In this document: one piece after another, positions 21,375-23,727 of the stretch
Layout: each line of letters begins with the position of its first letter
Numbering within the stretch: position 1 is the stretch's first letter
Origin: Octopus sinensis
Taxonomy: Eukaryota
Direction of reading: 5' to 3'
Length of the DNA: 23,727 nucleotides
Assembly (NCBI RefSeq): GCF_006345805.1
Contig: NW_021836542.1
Coordinates: 1-23,727 of the forward strand
The notes under the pieces: model-generated
Databases searched by the model: none
What the model saw: the letters and a program-made list of their open reading frames with translations, nothing else
Told to the model about the DNA's origin: nothing
Translations under genes and position numbers: made by a program

Positions 21375-21497
21375 ATGTGTTTCTATGTGTCACCAGCCAT
21401 TGCTTGTCAACAGACGATGGTGTTGTGTTTTTACGTCCCTGTCATTTTGCCTTTCGGGAAAGGAGAACAATAAAATGTGTAACAGGCTTCAAAAAAC
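21375..21497 (+). mobile_element. Decayed SINE family A 3' module
   Basis: GCTTGTCAAC...GTGTTTTTACGTCCCTGT...TTCGGGAAAGGAGAACAATAAAAT...AGGCTT aligns to 19870-19950. Confidence 0.55.
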
Positions 21498-21599
21498 TCT
21501 CCGAGGCTGTAACCACAATTTAATGATTAAAATTAATACAGATTATATGTATATAATTACGATACGCACTCTCATTATACGTCTATTCTGTCTATCTAT

Positions 21600-22123
21600 C
21601 TCCCTCTCTTCTTCCTTTCTATTTTCTCTTCCACCATTACCCAATTCTTCTCCTTGAATCTGTCGTTGCTTACACGTGACTAACGGCTATCCATCTTTCT
21701 TTCTTTTACATCCTTCCTAAGGACAAGACGTGCTTTTACATGTCTCTTCTCAAAGCTTGTTTTTCCAGCGTTCACCACTTCACATCCTCTTGGCTTAACA
21801 GCCCTCAATGTTTGTATATACTGTTTTGTTCTCACTGTCCGGTTTTTGTTACCAATTTAACCCTCCGCAAAAGAACCAAAATTTTATTTAATTTGCTTTG
21901 CGGGAAGGACTATTTCAACGAAGTCGCGTCTTATCCTTGCCTTCGAAAACGTGGCGTAGATGAAACAGCGACAACTAAATAAGGGGAATATTCTTTATGT
22001 TGCATGTCTCGTTTCTCTGTTTGTTTGTTTCTTTGGTTGTTCGAAAACAAGTTCTTTTTGTATGTTTTTACATTTATGTTCTTGTTTCTCAGTTTGTCTA
22101 CGTCTTTTCGATGTCCTGTACCG
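21600..22123. mobile_element. Probable interspersed repeat with a T-rich end abutting (TA)n, class unknown
   Basis: Recalled as an abundant Octopus repeat. There is no second copy in the window. Confidence 0.4.
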
Positions 22124-22502
22124 ATATATGCATGTACATATACATATATATGTAAGTATGTACATATATGTATGTATATATGCATATACTTATATATGTA
22201 TAGGGTAAGATTCCATAGTTTTTGTGCACCTGATTCACTCACAGTGCATTACTCTGACAGTGTCTCTAAAAGCAGGCACTTCCCAAGAGTGACTGAAGCC
22301 CAAACACCACCTGATTGCACATTTATGTTTTGCATTGCCTTCTTCAAGTAATCTTAAGCGGAAATTGAAGTTCCAAACAAATGGTTACCCACATAAATTT
22401 TGACTATTCATATAGTCATATCACTAATAAATGATTTGCAAACATTCTTTGTGTCTGTAAGTGTTTGTATATAAATATATATATATATGTATGTATACAT
22501 GG

Positions 22503-22810
22503 TGTAGCTTTCAATGCCAAAATTTGGCACAATTCCTACCAGGATCCTCAATATGTATATTACAGCATACCTCTCTCTCCTTCGATACAGGGAGTAGAGC
22601 CTTAAGTATTTCAGCCTTTCCCAGTAGCTGAGCTGTTGAATAGAAACGATCTTTTTTGTGAAGCCTTGCTGGATTGCTTCAAGGTCCGCTTTTAATATTA
22701 CACTGTTGGGTGACCATAGCATATATAATAGCAGAAACAGCTGTAAGCTATTGTAGTTCAACCCATGTATACTCCTGGTTGCGTTTTCGTAACACGAAAC
22801 CTGCTCCTAT
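22503..22810 (-). mobile_element. CR1/L2-group LINE ORF2 C-terminal fragment
   Basis: LWSP...DLEAIQQGFTKKI..LSYWERLKYLRLYSLYRRRERYAVIYILRIL matches the WSP...LE.VQRRFTK.I..LSY.ERL..L.LYSL.RRR signature. Confidence 0.85.
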
Positions 22811-23031
22811 TTGCTTGGACATGAACTCGCTGGGAAACATCTGATTGAGCACACAAGATGTTCGTAGGTAGTCGACACCCGTAGCTAACAGTTGCATGCA
22901 TTCCTTCTCTTCCAGATTGTGAAAGCTTACCATAACGTTTAATCTAATTACAGTGATATTTTAAGACTTCATTTCTTTTATGATCTTATATATGGGTTAA
23001 TCGTTTATTGCCCTCATTTTCTTTATATATA

Positions 23032-23221
23032 AGCGTAGAAGTGACTGTGTGGTAAGTAGCTTGCTTACCAGCCACGTGGTTCCGGGTTCATTCCCACTGC
23101 GTGGCACCTTGGGCAAGTGTCTTCTACTAGAGCCTCGGGCCGACCAAAGGCTTGTGAGTGGATTTGGTAGACGGAAACTGAAAGAAGCCCGTCGTATATA
23201 TATATATGTATATATATATAC

Positions 23222-23268
<47 letters not shown>

Positions 23269-23490
23269 TGTGTGTGTATGCTTGTGTGTCTGTGTTTGTC
23301 CCCCACCACATCACTTGACAACAATGCTCGTGTGTTTACGACCCGTAACTTTGCAGTTCGGCAAAAGAGCCCGATAGAATAAGTACTAGGCTTACAAAGA
23401 ATAAGTCCTGGGAGGATTTGCTCGACTAAAGGCAGTGCTCCAGCATGGCCACTGTCAAATGACTGAAACATGTAAAGGTTAGTAAAAGAA
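23032..23490 (+). mobile_element. SINE family A, full length, with an expanded internal (TA)n(TG)n tract
   Basis: Colinear with 19656-20022. The internal tract spans 23195-23290. Confidence 0.93.
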
Positions 23491-23496
23491 TGTAAT

Positions 23497-23530
<34 letters not shown>

Positions 23531-23727
23531 ATATATTATATATATATATATTTATACACACATATATAAACAATTATAAACAAGGCAAAAGAAGATTTCT
23601 ATGCAATATCCTGAGAATAGCTTTAAATCGTCATTCACCACATTACAATGTACATTCACACCATGAATCCACGTCGTGCTGAAATCGAGGAATGCAAGCT
23701 AACAGAATTTTTTTTTAAAATTCGTTA

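Overview
AT-rich, microsatellite-saturated, non-coding metazoan DNA (intronic or intergenic). The SINE families look to me like those of Octopus; this is recognition from memory, not a database result. No host protein-coding exon can be supported, and nearly all ORFs in the track are microsatellite or SINE translations. The window holds many copies of three tRNA-derived SINE families and decayed LINE fragments (RTE reverse transcriptase, RTE 3' zinc-finger end, CR1-like ORF2 end, RLE/R4-like 3' end). It also holds two fold-back inverted-repeat insertions. The main hidden signal is a set of type I hammerhead ribozyme (HHR) motifs of the minimal Penelope-like/retrozyme kind. One has an intact core inside a 170-bp unit flanked by a 13-bp target-site duplication (6060-6255). 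Another has an intact core inside a ~600-bp head-to-head palindrome of a unit that also carries a tRNA-type B-box (18031-18630). A third has well-formed stems but lacks the UGANGA core (13838-13891), and there are several further relics.
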